A DNA stretch of 64,000 bases from Cyanophora paradoxa CCMP329 (taxonomy: Eukaryota > Plantae > Glaucophyta), in the NCBI GenBank assembly GCA_004431415.1, contig QPMI01000005.1, positions 930,001 to 994,000 of the forward strand, given 5' to 3'. Shown in pieces: positions 20,101-35,200 of the stretch. Numbering within the stretch: the stretch's first letter is position 1; each line of letters starts with the position of its first letter. The notes beneath the pieces were generated by a model. That model did not search any database, was not told where the DNA came from, and saw nothing but the letters and a program-made list of their open reading frames with translations. Both the position numbers and the translations under genes were made by a program.

Positions 20101-23100
20101 GTCTAAGCGCCGATATTGCGCTGGATGTGGATACGGAGCTGAGCAGCGGCCCCGCCACCTTCTCCGTGCCCGTGTACAAGGAGGGCAGCATACCCGAGGC
20201 GGGAGAACCGCCGGCGGTCGCAGAGGACCCCCCGGCCCCGACGGATCCGGCAGATCTACTGGTCGTCCCTCGAGCTCCGGAAATAATCGCAGCTGAAAAC
20301 ATCACTGCTGAATGTAAGATGGCTCTAATTATAAGATGACTTGAGCGCAGAACTGATGGCCATTACACGCAGCGGTTGTGCTCCGCTTTGGAATGCCGCT
20401 CGGATGGAGCACTTGGGCTTGCAGATCACGTATGTCCAGGCGAGCCACCGGCTGCAGCCGCGCTCGGTTCTTGCTTCGTCCGGACAAATTCAGCTGCAGC
20501 CCGGCCAGTTTGGGGATTGGAAGCCACGCGTGAACGTGACAGCGTTCGGCGCGACGTCGCTGGAGGATGCGCACCTGGATCCGGATCTGTGTACGAGTAC
20601 TCGCTGGTGGCATACACAAACGACATTGCCTCAGTTCAATCGAACGTGTGGCGCGTCGTCACTTGTCCATCGCCTCCGGTGCTGCTCGATGAAGCTTTGT
20701 CGGTTTCTGTCACCGCCGCGAGCCTCGGGATCGACCCGCCTTCGGACGGCTCCGCGGCGGTCGCGGTGCGCGTGCTACTCACAAGGCAGCTCTACGCGAC
20801 GGGAGAGAGAGCAGAGCTAGTCGCTCGGGAAGGGAGCCCACCGGCTTTGGATGCTAGCGTTCAGTTCACAGATACTGGTGTCAAGCCAGGGCGGACTTAC
20901 ACATACACTGCGACCTACGCTCTGGCGACGGGCTACAAGTCCCGTCCGAGCTCCCCTGTCACAATGCACACGCCGCCGAGCGCCCCGGAGCTGTCCATTC
21001 TGGAGGGGACGTCTTCTTTCGCCAGGCTTCGCATCGGATGCCCTGCTGATGCAGAGGAGCAGTATATTCGGAAGGCGGAGCTCTTCCGTGATGGTAAACT
21101 GATCGCCCAGATACCAGCGTGCAGCGAGTCTGGCCCTTCGGTCGAGCATATCACGTACGTGGACTACGTTGGCTTGGACCGGGCCAGAGCGGGGAGCATC
21201 GCCTACACCGCGATATTTCTCGGCGACCACGGCACAATTTCGCCTTTGTCCGTTGCACTGGATGTGGAGCTCCCGCTGAAGCCGCCCCCGACACCGGCGC
21301 CCACCCCGTTCATCGAGCCGTGCTCTTTTGCAGCAACATTATTGCTGCCCGCACAAGTCAACGGCACCACAACCGGCCGGCTCTCGTTCCTCTCGGGCCT
21401 GACTAATTTCAAGGACTTGGATTCCAATTCCAGTGAGGCGTGGTTCCGCTTCGTTCCATTGCGATCGGGTGCGGCGCCGTCTATGCGCGCGTCTATCGCA
21501 CACTAAACTTTTAATTAATCGTGCGGGGCTCTGACCCTGCAGCAAACTTGTTATCTCCACCTGCTCGCACTCGACTTCATTTGACACGGTGGTGGACTTC
21601 TCTCGGCTTCCGTCTGTCCGTTGGCATCAGCAGAAAACGCTCTGATCGCCGCAAATGGTGCTCAATTATAATCAGAACGAAGTCAACAGCTAATACATTT
21701 CACGAAGATGACGCTGCGCCGGGACTGTGCCCAGAAAATGATGTCCTAGCCTCAAACTGTCGGTGCTTTCTGCATCGGTTTCTAATGGAACTCTTCTTTA
21801 TATCGTTGTGAAAGGTCATTCTATTCAATCTTTGCGTCCTTATATACGTCCGAATCGACTCGAAACTCGACAGGATATGAGGGGAAGCAGCAGGGCGCTT
21901 TCCGTTTATCCGTTAAATTTGAGGATCCCCCACCGACGCCTGTCCCTGCCCCCACGCCTTCTCCGCTGCCGGCGCCGAACACCACACTGGTCCCCTGCTC
22001 CAACGCTTCTCGCATCGGAGCCCAGGCATCGATCATTCAGAAAACAGGCCCGGCTTACCTTGCACGGAATGACAGTGGAATGGGAGAGGCCTGGTTCAGC
22101 TTCGTTCCTCCTTATAACGGGTTCGACCTCTCTGACGCAAGGCCTTCCGCCTTTCTTTATTATTCTAATTTCGGCGTGCCTGCAGGCTGCTGATACTGTC
22201 AACGTGCTCGTCGGCTACGAATTTCAGCTCCTCGATCCTGCTCCTAGATGCTGCTGCGTGCCCCGTCTCGTCATTTACAAACTCTTCAATCGTGGCCAGA
22301 GCAGGTACGCACCTTCATCCATATTCGAATTTATATGCCTTCAAATCGAAAAGAGGGTCGCTGAGTCGGTCGGAACGCAGACGACGCTCCAGACTGCGCT
22401 CTGAATTTGCGCGGTGCGGTCTTGAAGGTCACCGTGCTTGCTGGGGTGCAGTACTACGCCGTCGTGACAGGTTTGATGAAAAGCATGCCTTCGAGTTCGC
22501 CCGTTTCGATTTCTGACTCTGCAATGTATGTACGCACAGGCCCCAACTCCGAGACCAGGATGTTTGAACTCGAGGTGGCGCTAGTGCCGCTCGCCCCGCA
22601 GAGCGATCCCAGAGAACGCTATTCCTGGGCTCGGGCCTGGTAGACGCGTTACGGCTTTGGCGTGGGGTCGTCGCATAGGCCCAATTGCTGGGTTGAGCTT
22701 GGCCGGCGCTGCGGACGGCGTGATTGCAACCGGAACAAGCGACGGCGCAGTCCAGCTGTGGAATTCAGTTTCTGGCGCAAACGTCTCGCGATACGCGCGC
22801 ACTCGGAAAGGTCAATGCGGTAGACATATCTGCGGACGGCGCTCTCCTCGTCTCTGCGAGCTCCGATGCTTCGACCCGTCTGTGGTTCATTTCGTCACGG
22901 CTAAGGATCGGCGAGCTGATGCATAAAAGAGCAGCAAACACCGCTGTGCTTTGGCGGTCGCATCTCATCGCATCCGCCGGCGACGATGGCAGCATTGTTG
23001 TCAGAGCTGCCGAGACTGGAAATATCGAGTGGCAGAGGGACGCAGCCCATGGCGGCTCGTCTATCCTTGCACTTGCGATGTCAGCCAACGGCACGCTGCT

Positions 23101-25215
23101 CCTGTCTGGCTGCGACGGCGGCAGGGTCAAAGTCTTTAACATCTCTGCAAAATCGAGCGGCTCGAAGGCGAAGAAGCTCGGCGATTTGAGCTCACCAATT
23201 AAATCTGTCGCGTTGTCCAGGGACGGCCTTCTGGCAGCGCGGCGGTGGCACCGGCGAGGAGGGGATTCACACAGCTAGAAGAGCCGCTCGTCCGAATCTG
23301 GCGGGTCACGGATGGGACGCAGATGCAAGCCATCACAGGGCACGCGGCAGGAGTAACCGCGATTGTGTTTACTTCAGACAGCCGCCAGCTCTTCACATCT
23401 AGCATCGACGGTCTTGTGCGGGCATTCGCATCAACAACCGGAAGACTTATCACCGTGTACAGAAGCACTCTTCGCATGGCGCCCGTCGAGTTTATTGCTT
23501 TATCGCCCGATGAACACCACTTGGTGTCGTGGAGCGATCGAGCGGCTCATGTGTTTGGTATCAACCGGACCGTTTCCGACGCCGTTGCGCCCCTTCCGAT
23601 AGAAGTATGGAAATTCGAAGGTGCTTAAGAATTTACATCATTCTAGAAATGGTGCACTTCGTCTAACAGCTCCCTCGCGCAGATGCATTTGCCGCAGTTC
23701 AGAGTGATCGCGAGTTTACACTGCCATCTTTCGTTAGCCTTGACCTCTCGTTCACGCGCCCGCGGTCTAGCATCGGTTTTCCTCCGCCCGAAGCGACTGC
23801 AGCTTCGAGTAGCAGGTGGAAGATCACGGCACCAAAAGGCTCGATAGTCGTGTTCAATTTCTCGAGCCTGTCGATGGCGGAAGGCTTTGACACTGTATCG
23901 GCTCGTTCTCTTTTGACCTCTTTTTAAACTCGCTCCAAATCTGAGCGTTGCGAGCAGATATACAACGGACTCGATGACACTCAAGAACGGCTGCTGCAAT
24001 TTAGCGGAGATCTTACAATGCTGAAAGCTCAGCTTGGCACCAACCAAGTGCACAGCTCTCACATGACGAGCGCTCTGTACATTGTATTCGAATTCGGATC
24101 TGGGAAATTCGAAGATGTAGAGCAGAGCGCTGTTAAGTCGAGGTTTAACGCCGAAGCGTATTTCAGTGCGTTCGAGATCTCATTTAGAATCCCGCTCTTG
24201 CATTTCACTCGTTATAATTAATTTTACTCGCATCACGCAGTTCCGGTTGAGCGTGTGCATTTGCAGAGAGAAGAGACCACGATTCTTGTGTGTCAGCATC
24301 CAATTCTCTCGGAAACGCTGCCAGCAACTGCTTGGTACGTTTTGCATTCCGAGCGTGCCATTTGGTCCGAAGAACAAGTTTTCCGACTTGCAGGTTGGTG
24401 TCGACGGTGCTTGGGCATCGCATTCGGATCGATATGATTAATTCTTCGCTTGACAACGCTGGCGACCTGCTGACGGTGCCGTTTGAGTCGTATAAAGGGC
24501 ATTAATATATATTATCATTTACATCTGCCCGGCCTCGCTTCTGCATTACAGGTGTACGAAGGAGAGGCAGTCCGGCGCGAGATGACTCTCCGCGTGCTTG
24601 AAGGCACTTCTGCATCAGAGGCAGACCCTTTTCAATCCCGTCTGTCGGTTGCAAGCTCCTTGAATTTACTGCTGCTCACTCTGCGGCCTTCGCGATCGAA
24701 CTCGAGCGCCATTTTGAAGTACAGTCAGGCACGTGCACGAACCGTTTCTCGTACCTTTACATGTTATTCTTTTGGTCTGCTAGGTTTACTCTGGGCGCAG
24801 TTGCAGAGCCGACCGAGCCGATCGCCCTCACAAACGCTTCTTCACGTATTCGAATCCAACGTGAAATCAGTACTTCGTCGCGCGCGGGAAAGAAATGGTG
24901 GAGTCGTTTGCGCTGCTTTGATGATTTCATGCTTTGCATAACAGTGTATACGTATTCTTGAACAGGTTGATCACAGCTCCGGAGGGCTCCTTCGCAGAAC
25001 TCGAAATTGTGAGCATCACCGCAGTCCAGCCAGTTTCTCTTTCGGTCTGTGCTTCGTAAATCGCCTTCTTTCTCTGAACGCAAATATTTCGATTCACGTT
25101 CAATGCACAGATCTTTGACGGCACTGATGCAACCGCTCCCGTCATTCTGCGATTCAGTGGAACTACCGCGCAAATGGTGGATCTTCACTCCTCGTTGGTG
25201 TTTCGAGGCTCTGCA
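14117..25215 (+). repeat. Copy 1 of an ~11.1-kb tandem duplication
   Basis: Near-identical to 25215-36320 (initial offset 11,098). Junction CTCTGC-A-TAAGAAG with 1-bp overlap. Confidence 0.95.
15199..25215 (+). pseudogene. 3'-truncated duplicate of the giant surface-protein gene (signal peptide, LamG-like, FN3, WD40)
   Basis: ATG 15199 MGLTRAATAFSIVLLVLLVAARIRSASAQ. Frameshifts from ~20.4 kb onward; cut at the duplication junction. Confidence 0.65.
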
Positions 25216-26296
25216 TAAGAAGTTTTCAAGTTTGCCGCACTTTTGCGCCGCCAGCCGGCGCCGCCGCGCCAGGCCCTGAGGCTCAGCGGCTGCGCGCGGC
25301 GCGCTGGCGCCACGCTGCCAGCCTGCCACCAGGCTAGCCAGACTCTGAGTGAGTCGAGTCTGAGAACCGGAGCACCACCGGTCCTAGACTCCTAGGTATA
25401 GCCTGTAACCGTATAGGTAGCTTCCCAGACAGTGCTTCCCAGACAGTGCGCCCAGACAGCAGCAGCTTCCGACGTCGACGTTCCCAGACAGTACGCCCAG
25501 ACAGTGTCCCCCGGTATCTACGTAGCTTCAGGCTTTCGGCTGCCCAGACAGCAGCTGCAGCAGCACCAGCTGCAGCGCGCGCGCACACACACACACACAT
25601 ATGCATATGCATGCGGCTCACAACGATATCCGATGATCCAGCCGTATAATTGGGCTTGCGTATAGCGACGCACGTGTTCGTTGTGCTGGATTTGCTCGCC
25701 ACGGCGCCGGCGCGGCGCTCGAACGCTGCTGATTTGCTGGGGGAATGCGGTGCCACGGTGAGCTATCACTTCTATATCATGAACATGTATATATACGCAT
25801 GCCATGACACGCGGCATACGAATAACGTATACTCGCGGCAGGTCCGACGGTCTATATGTAAGGACCATCATGAGAAAATATCTGTGAGCCTGACAGGCAA
25901 GCACTGTCCCGGTCTACTAGCTATAGGCTCAGCGGCTACAGCGCTAGCGCTGGCTATAGCGCGCCTAGTCGATCGGATCCGGAGGCCTGGCTGGTGTCCC
26001 TATAAGCCTTTCGGAAGTTCGGAGGCTTAGGCCCTAGCCCCAGCGGCTCACGGTCGCACTGCTGCTGCAACGGCCGAGCATTGTACGCGTGCGGCGTGTC
26101 TGGGGCGACGTGCGCTTATACGTACGGTCGTGCGCTTTCATGATTCAAGATTTGATATCGAAGCGTGTGCGCATGCATTCAATGCGCAGTTGACATTGGT
26201 ATTCAGCTGCAGAGTCTACTGCAGGGCACAGGTCGACTTGCCGAGTCGGAATCTCGGATTGATCCACATTCTTGATCTCTATCGAACGCATTGCAC

Positions 26297-29200
26297 ATGG
26301 GGTTGACGCGCGCAGCAACAGCGTTTAGCATCGTGCTTCTTGTGCTGCTCGTCGCCGCGCGGATCCGGAGCGCCAGCGCCCAGGCTCCGCCGACGTGCGG
26401 TGAGCTTGATCATGCCCATGATCGATATCGATGACCCTGATCGACACAATATGTGCATATGCATCCCTCATCGTCTTGGATTGAGCGCGCGACAGGTCTC
26501 AAATTCGGGAGAACGGCGCCGGGGTCGGCTTTTGGCTTCGACAAGTACACCACAATGCGCCTGCTGCGGCCGTCGGAGTTGGCTTCTTCTGAGACAGCAA
26601 GAGTGGCTCTCGTCAACTCTTACCCCAAGGTGCGTCGCGATCGCAAACGTGGCATTTGTTTGCTGTCATCGAAGCCAACGATAACGCCGGCTGCGGCCTT
26701 TGTCAGATCCGCTACACGAATCCCATGACATTGGTGCGTATTTTCGTTTGTTCTCGTGCAATGCTTCTGAGATCTTTCCTTCGTACGCACGTGCACGTGG
26801 CTGGTGACTTAGGAATTCTGGTGAGGACTCGCTATATATTGTATTCCAGGTCTGATCACTTTTCAATGCTGAAGCTGCTGATGGGCCTGCGCATGCAGGA
26901 TAAAGAGCAATGTCGCGGCGGGCGATTACATGATAAATCCAACGGGAATCATCGCGTTCGGCAATTACGAGGTCGGCGCCCCCTGCAAATCGGCTTTTCA
27001 GCTCTGACTTGCGGCCATTGGGCGTAGGACGATGAATTCTCCGTGGTAGGCGCTGATATCGGCCGATATCAGGCCATCCCGATCGCAAGCTTAAGCACGT
27101 CTGATCGATTTCCGATCCGTTCTGGCGCGCACTCACAGTCATTCGGCTACGATCGGCACAACAACGTTAACCGAAATTTTTTGAATGTTAACATGACGGT
27201 CCGTCCAGAGCGCATGCGCATGCATTTGCGAGAACAGATAGCCTGATCGCGCTACCACGATCGCCTACGAGCACAGTACGGAAGTCTTTCAAGCACAGCG
27301 CGCGGGTCCGTTACTTTGTACGGTGGTGTTGCAAGCGATGCGATCCCGGTGCGCTTCGGCATCACATCAAAATCTCAATTTGCATCTTTGCTTTGGCTGT
27401 TTCTAACACCCCATGCAACTCTATCCGCATATTATAGCGGGATGGCAGCTGGGTGCGTTGAATGTAATATTTATTCTACAGTTAATATTTGACTTCATCG
27501 ATCGCTTGCAATGATTCTTCGTGATGGCGCAGTACCATGTGGTAAGTGCACTGTAACACTATTTAACTACCCGTGCGCCCGTGCGAACCTCGAGAACAGG
27601 CTATAGTGATAGAGGCGACCGATGCGAGCAACCGGGCGCAAGTCCGTTGGTACAGGCGCGCGCGCGCTTCGTTGCAGATCCGGGCTCATGATCAGGTATT
27701 AGTCCAGAACGCCTTTACTGACTTTTTGGTTCGCCTAGAAATGGCGTTGCTGGAGGCTTTTCGGCGCGGGGATCGTTTCTTAGCGATCCCAATACGAGAC
27801 ACAAATTGGTGAATGCAGCCACATGCATTTGCAGTGCACGTGCACCGATATCGACTAATTATAACTTGCACGATTACACACAGCCCCCACTCTGGTCGAC
27901 AACTAACATCGACCGATACTACTTGCATGTCACGGGCACGGGCTCGGACAGACGATACTTCGACCGCTTCGGGATTCGAGCGGGGCTCATCGGCGAAACC
28001 TTCCGCGCCCGCCCCTCCAGCGCCGTGAGTACCGGCCGCCGCCGCTGTCGTCGACGTCGTGGCCGCCGCCATCGACGTCGACCGCCGGACGACCGCTAAG
28101 TTCTGTGGCCACTGTACAGATCACCGCTTCCCAACTCACGGTCGCCAACCGAGCCGACTTCAGCCTCGTGAACACGGACCTTGCCGAGATCCGCATGTGG
28201 GCAGCAGCCCTCACCGCAGCAGAAGTCGGGGACCTGTACAACAATGCATTCTCCTGCGACTACTTCAGGAAGCATGAGCTCTACCAGTGCGCCCGCGATA
28301 TCGAATTCCTGTTAACGTCCTTGAGCTGATTGGTTTTCTCGTCAGTTATTGGAAGGTGTGTCTGCGCTCGCAGTGCTCCCAGCACGCGCGCCCTCACGCA
28401 TACGGCCCCCGCTCACGTTGCGATGTTCGCACCCGAAGTTCAACGAAATCAACGTGCGTTCGAGTTTTTATATATATATATGCTCTGCCCCGCTTCACGA
28501 TCAGAGATATTCATTATCTTCCGGCTTGGGGGGCGCCGGGCCTTCAGACCGCTACGTCCTTCGCAGACTCGAGCGGGAGCGGCCTGCAGATGGTCGTTCC
28601 CGCCCTTTCTTACGATGAGCCCCCCGTGGGTTCATGTTCGGCGGGTACTCGGGCGGACGTCTCCGTCGCAAATTGCTTCCCGACGGGCAGCCTGGATCTC
28701 GACGTCGTGATTGACTCGTACCGGCTTGTTGCAAAAACCGCCCACTTCGAGATCGCGGTGACGAACTCCGGGCCTTCCGACGCCGCCGTCTCGATGTGGG
28801 TCGACTGCGTGCGCGTCGGCACCACAGGCAATTCGTTCTCGACGATGGTGTATGGAAATGTGAAGGTTGCCTACGTCGCGGCCAACGGAGGCGAGGCGAA
28901 GGTCACCATCACCGAGGCAGACCAGTGAGCCCCCGCGGCCGCGCGCAAGCTTTTGATCCGCACTCGATCTCGCCTGAATATTAATCCAACGCCGCAACGT
29001 TAACCGAACCTCAGAATGGTCGCTAGCGAAGGCTACAACTGCACCGCAAAGATCGGACGCGGTAATACCGTATTGAAGTCGTCGGCCCCCACACCGACAA
29101 TCCGCGTGCCCGCGCACAAGAACCCAGCCTGCGGTGCGGGATCGCGACTCTCTCACGATTGCGCATAGCAGCTCAATTCCTCGGCTGTTATATATGGCGC

Positions 29201-32200
29201 AGGGCTCCGATTCCGGAGCTCCGCTTTTGGAGCTGCGGCACTAGAAGGCGCAGCAATAACAAACTTCGCATACAGCTCGACTTTTGTGAACCCCGTGACC
29301 ATTGAATTCTGGCGCGTCGTCCTCTTGATGCTCCCCGTTGGCATTGCCCCTCCTCCTAACAATCACTGGAAGGGTGTGTCGCGTCAACCCAGTTGACGGG
29401 GTGGATAACACCCAAGGCCAACTCTTTCCATGGCCCATCTTCAGTCAGTGGAACCCTCGGTCGCGGGACCGCCTTCAAGATCTGGTGCGCATGCACGCGA
29501 TTGGTGCTTCCCTCGAGCGCGGGCTAATTATAATCCCTGTGCTCAGGTTCTGGATGAAGCCAACCTCCTCGGGCTCGTTCAGGACACTGCAAGTCCAGAT
29601 GGGTACGGCGCTGAATTTTACAGAAGCTGCGAGGCAATCGACTCCGTTGGAAATGGGCAAGGCCTTCTCCCGGTGCTCGCGCATTTGAACAACTAGCCCA
29701 TTTTGCATAATGCTCATATTCCACTGCGCATGATCTTTCGTTGCGTTTCTCTCATACTTAGCCAAATACTTGGGTGCGCATGCGCAATTTGCCCTTAAGC
29801 GCTATTCATAATACCATGCTAAGTCTGCTCTGCTGACATGTTGTGATGTGGGTTGCGCGGCATGCGTAGATTCATTACGTGCGCTCGTGCAATTTTCCAG
29901 AATTCTTGCAATTTGCACCGCGGTGCTGCGCATACTGATCAGGCTCTTCGCGGTTAACGTTACAGGCGGTTGTCATCGGCCAGACGACCTCTGGAAACGT
30001 AGCATCTCTCGCCTGCTATCGTAACGGAGCCCGAATGACTGTTGGTGGCCCGAACGATGCCGCTTCCATTGGACCCCGTGCTGTGGTGGGCGATCCGTTG
30101 AACAAAATGACTCCAATGCGTTCCGGCTATGCGAGGGCGACGGCAAAGATCGGCGAGGCCGATAATCCTTGGGAGCAGCCCAAGGGCGTTGTGATTTCTG
30201 AGTGCGTATACGAATGCGCTTATCTCAGCCGTTGCCGCGCGGGATCCTGTTGGTGTTGGTTGTGCTTTGACCAATTGCAAGTATCATTAATGTCACTGGC
30301 GCGTGCGCAGGTTCAAAGCTTGGAAGCAAGCGCTTACACAGGCGGAGATCCAGGACTTGTACATGAACCGCATCTCGTGCCGCATGCTCCTGTGCGCTGT
30401 TCCATTGCAGAACCCGTTTTTGCGTGCTTCGTTCTGAAGGCCAGATTCGCTCGGTCCTGAATCGGTTGGATCCCTGCAGGAAGTATCGCATGTACATGTG
30501 AGCCCTTATAGTTACTAGCTATAGCTTTCTCCATGATCATGAATGCTGACAATTGCGCCCGTAGGTACTTCAAGAACAACGAAATAAATGTATTTGAAGA
30601 ATGAAACCAGTCCTTCTAAGTATCGCTCTTCTGATCTTCTTTGGCAGAGCGCTACAGCTGTCGCTAAAGACTACAGCGGAACTTTGTTGAACGGAAAGGC
30701 TCAAACGCTGAGCCCGGAAGGGACTGGTTCAAGCCGGCCGGCATTCGGATGCAGTGCTGTTTCCGGCAACGCTACCCGCAACATTGTCGTGGAGAAGTGC
30801 GCTTGGTTCGGGGGTAAGCTATTCGCCAAATGACTCGAAACATAGCACACATACTTAACCGTGTGCGCGTGAGCAGCGAACATTACGGCGCAACCAACTG
30901 GTCTCACTTCTTACTTTCCGGTGACGGTGACCAGTGTTTCTTCGACGGCGGCCACGTTCGTTGCATATTTCTCGTTTGACGAGGGCCGCAGATCAAAAAC
31001 CTGGCCGTGTGGGGCGGCGCCAGGAGCGTTTCTGTCCGCGTGAACTGCACGCTCAACGGCACGGCGGACGCTTCCGGAGTCAGCGAAGCCCAGGGAGCCG
31101 TTGGCCTCGTCAAGGGCCAGCAGAAGTCCTTCGTCTTCACTCTTCGGAACTTGACGATGGGGACCGACTACAGCTGCACAGCAGCTCTCAGCAGTCTAAG
31201 CGCCGATATTGCGCTGGATGTGGATACGGAGCTGAGCAGCGGCCCCGCCACCTTCTCCGTGCCCGTGTACAAGGAGGGCAGCATACCCGAGGCGGGAGAA
31301 CCGCCGGCGGTCGCAGAGGACCCCCCGGCCCCGACGGATCCGGCAGATCTACTGGTCGTCCCTCGAGCTCCGGAAATAATCGCAGCTGAAAACATCACTG
31401 CTGAATGTAAGATGGCTCTAATTATAAGATGACTTGAGCGCAGAACTGATGGCCATTACACGCAGCGGTTGTGCTCCGCTTTGGAATGCCGCTCGGATGG
31501 GAGCACTTGGGCTTGCAGATCACGTATGTCCAGGCGAGCCACCGGCTGCAGCCGCGCTCGGTTCTTGCTTCGTCCGGACAAATTCAGCTGCAGCCCGGCC
31601 AGTTTGGGGATTGGAAGCCACGCGTGAACGTGACAGCGTTCGGCGCGACGTCGCTGGAGGATGCGCACCTGGATCCGGGATCTGTGTACGAGTACTCGCT
31701 GGTGGCATACACAAACGACATTGCCTCAGTTCAATCGAACGTGTGGCGCGTCGTCACTTGTCCATCGCCTCCGGTGCTGCTCGATGAAGCTTTGTCGGTT
31801 TCTGTCACCGCCGCGAGCCTCGGGATCGACCCGCCTTCGGACGGCTCCGCGGCGGTCGCGGTGCGCGTGCTACTCACAAGGCAGCTCTACGCGACGGGAG
31901 AGAGAGCAGAGCTAGTCGCTCGGGAAGGGAGCCCACCGGCTTTGGATGCTAGCGTTCAGTTCACAGATACTGGTGTCAAGCCAGGGCGGACTTACACATA
32001 CACTGCGACCTACGCTCTGGCGACGGGCTACAAGTCCCGTCCGAGCTCCCCTGTCACAATGCACACGCCGCCGAGCGCCCCGGAGCTGTCCATTCTGGAG
32101 GGGACGTCTTCTTTCGCCAGGCTTCGCATCGGATGCCCTGCTGATGCAGAGGAGCAGTATATTCGGAAGGCGGAGCTCTTCCGTGATGGTAAACTGATCG

Positions 32201-35200
32201 CCCAGATACCAGCGTGCAGCGAGTCTGGCCCTTCGGTCGAGCATATCACGTACGTGGACTACGTTGGCTTGGACCGGGCCAGAGCGGGGAGCATCGCCTA
32301 CACCGCGATATTTCTCGGCGACCACGGCACAATTTCGCCTTTGTCCGTTGCACTGGATGTGGAGCTCCCGCTGAAGCCGCCCCCGACACCGGCGCCCACC
32401 CCGTTCATCGAGCCGTGCTCTTTTGCAGCAACATTATTGCTGCCCGCACAAGTCAACGGCACCACAACCGGCCGGCTCTCGTTCCTCTCGGGCCTGACTA
32501 ATTTCAAGGACTTGGATTCCAATTCCAGTGAGGCGTGGTTCCGCTTCGTTCCATTGCGATCGGGGTGCGGCGCCGTCTATGCGCGCGTCTATCGCACACT
32601 AAACTTTTAATTAATCGTGCGGGGCTCTGACCCTGCAGCAAACTTGTTATCTCCACCTGCTCGCACTCGACTTCATTTGACACGGTGGTGGGACTTCTCT
32701 CGGCTTCCGTCTGTCCGTTGGCATCAGCAGAAAACGCTCTGATCGCCGCAAATGGTGCTCAATTATAATCAGAACGAAGTCAACAGCTAATACATTTCAC
32801 GAAGATGACGCTGCGCCGGGACTGTGCCCAGAAAATGATGTCCTAGGCCTCAAACTGTCGGTGCTTTCTGCATCGGTTTCTAATGGAACTCTTCTTTATA
32901 TCGTTGTGAAAGGTCATTCTATTCAATCTTTGCGTCCTTATATACGTCCGAATCGACTCGAAACTCGACAGGATATGAGGGGAAGCAGCAGGGCGCTTTC
33001 CGTTTATCCGTTAAATTTGAGGATCCCCCACCGACGCCTGTCCCTGCCCCCACGCCTTCTCCGCTGCCGGCGCCGAACACCACACTGGTCCCCTGCTCCA
33101 ACGCTTCTCGCATCGGAGCCCAGGCATCGATCATTCAGAAAACAGGCCCGGCTTACCTTGCACGGAATGACAGTGGAATGGGAGAGGCCTGGTTCAGCTT
33201 CGTTCCTCCTTATAACGGGTTCGACCTCTCTGACGCAAGGCCTTCCGCCTTTCTTTATTATTCTAATTTCGGCGTGCCTGCAGGCTGCTGATACTGTCAA
33301 CGTGCTCGTCGGCTACGAATTTCAGCTCCTCGATCCTGCTCCTAGATGCTGCTGCGTGCCCCGTCTCGTCATTTACAAACTCTTCAATCGTGGCCAGAGC
33401 AGGTACGCACCTTCATCCATATTCGAATTTATATGCCTTCAAATCGAAAAGAGGGTCGCTGAGTCGGGTCGGAACGCAGACGACGCTCCAGACTGCGCTC
33501 TGAATTTGCGCGGTGCGGTCTTGAAGGTCACCGTGCTTGCTGGGGTGCAGTACTACGCCGTCGTGACAGGTTTGATGAAAAGCATGCCTTCGAGTTCGCC
33601 CGTTTCGATTTCTGACTCTGCAATGTATGTACGCACAGGCCCCAACTCCGAGACCAGGATGTTTGAACTCGAGGTGGCGCTAGTGCCGCTCGCCCCGCAG
33701 AGCGATCCCCAGAGAACGCTATTCCTGGGGCTCGGGCCTGGTAGACGCGTTACGGCTTTGGCGTGGGGTCGTCGCATAGGCCCAATTGCTGGGTTGAGCT
33801 TGGCCGGCGCTGCGGACGGCGTGATTGCAACCGGAACAAGCGACGGCGCAGTCCAGCTGTGGAATTCAGTTTCTGGCGCAAACGTCTCGCGGATACGCGC
33901 GCACTCGGGAAAGGTCAATGCGGTAGACATATCTGCGGACGGCGCTCTCCTCGTCTCTGCGAGCTCCGATGCTTCGACCCGTCTGTGGTTCATTTCGTCA
34001 CGGCTAAGGATCGGCGAGCTGATGCATAAAAGAGCAGCAAACACCGCTGTGCTTTGGCGGTCGCATCTCATCGCATCCGCCGGCGACGATGGCAGCATTG
34101 TTGTCAGAGCTGCCGAGACTGGAAATATCGAGTGGCAGAGGGACGCAGCCCATGGCGGCTCGTCTATCCTTGCACTTGCGATGTCAGCCAACGGCACGCT
34201 GCTCCTGTCTGGCTGCGACGGCGGCAGGGTCAAAGTCTTTAACATCTCTGCAAAATCGAGCGGCTCGAAGGCGAAGAAGCTCGGCGATTTGAGCTCACCA
34301 ATTAAATCTGTCGCGTTGTCCAGGGACGGCCTTCTGGCAGCGGCGGCGGTGGCACCGGCGAGGAGGGGATTCACACAGCTAGAAGAGCCGCTCGTCCGAA
34401 TCTGGCGGGTCACGGATGGGACGCAGATGCAAGCCATCACAGGGCACGCGGCAGGAGTAACCGCGATTGTGTTTACTTCAGACAGCCGCCAGCTCTTCAC
34501 ATCTAGCATCGACGGTCTTGTGCGGGCATTCGCATCAACAACCGGAAGACTTATCACCGTGTACAGAAGCACTCTTCGCATGGCGCCCGTCGAGTTTATT
34601 GCTTTATCGCCCGATGAACACCACTTGGTGTCGTGGAGCGATCGAGCGGCTCATGTGTTTGGTATCAACCGGACCGTTTCCGACGCCGTTGCGCCCCTTC
34701 CGATAGAAGTATGGAAATTCGAAGGTGCTTAAGAATTTACATCATTCTAGAAATGGTGCACTTCGTCTAACAGCTCCCTCGCGCAGATGCATTTGCCGCA
34801 GTTCAGAGTGATCGCGAGTTTACACTGCCATCTTTCGTTAGCCTTGACCTCTCGTTCACGCGCCCGCGGTCTAGCATCGGTTTTCCTCCGCCCGAAGCGA
34901 CTGCAGCTTCGAGTAGCAGGTGGAAGATCACGGCACCAAAAGGCTCGATAGTCGTGTTCAATTTCTCGAGCCTGTCGATGGCGGAAGGCTTTGACACTGT
35001 ATCGGCTCGTTCTCTTTTGACCTCTTTTTAAACTCGCTCCAAATCTGAGCGTTGCGAGCAGATATACAACGGACTCGATGACACTCAAGAACGGCTGCTG
35101 CAATTTAGCGGAGATCTTACAATGCTGAAAGCTCAGCTTGGCACCAACCAAGTGCACAGCTCTCACATGACGAGCGCTCTGTACATTGTATTCGAATTCG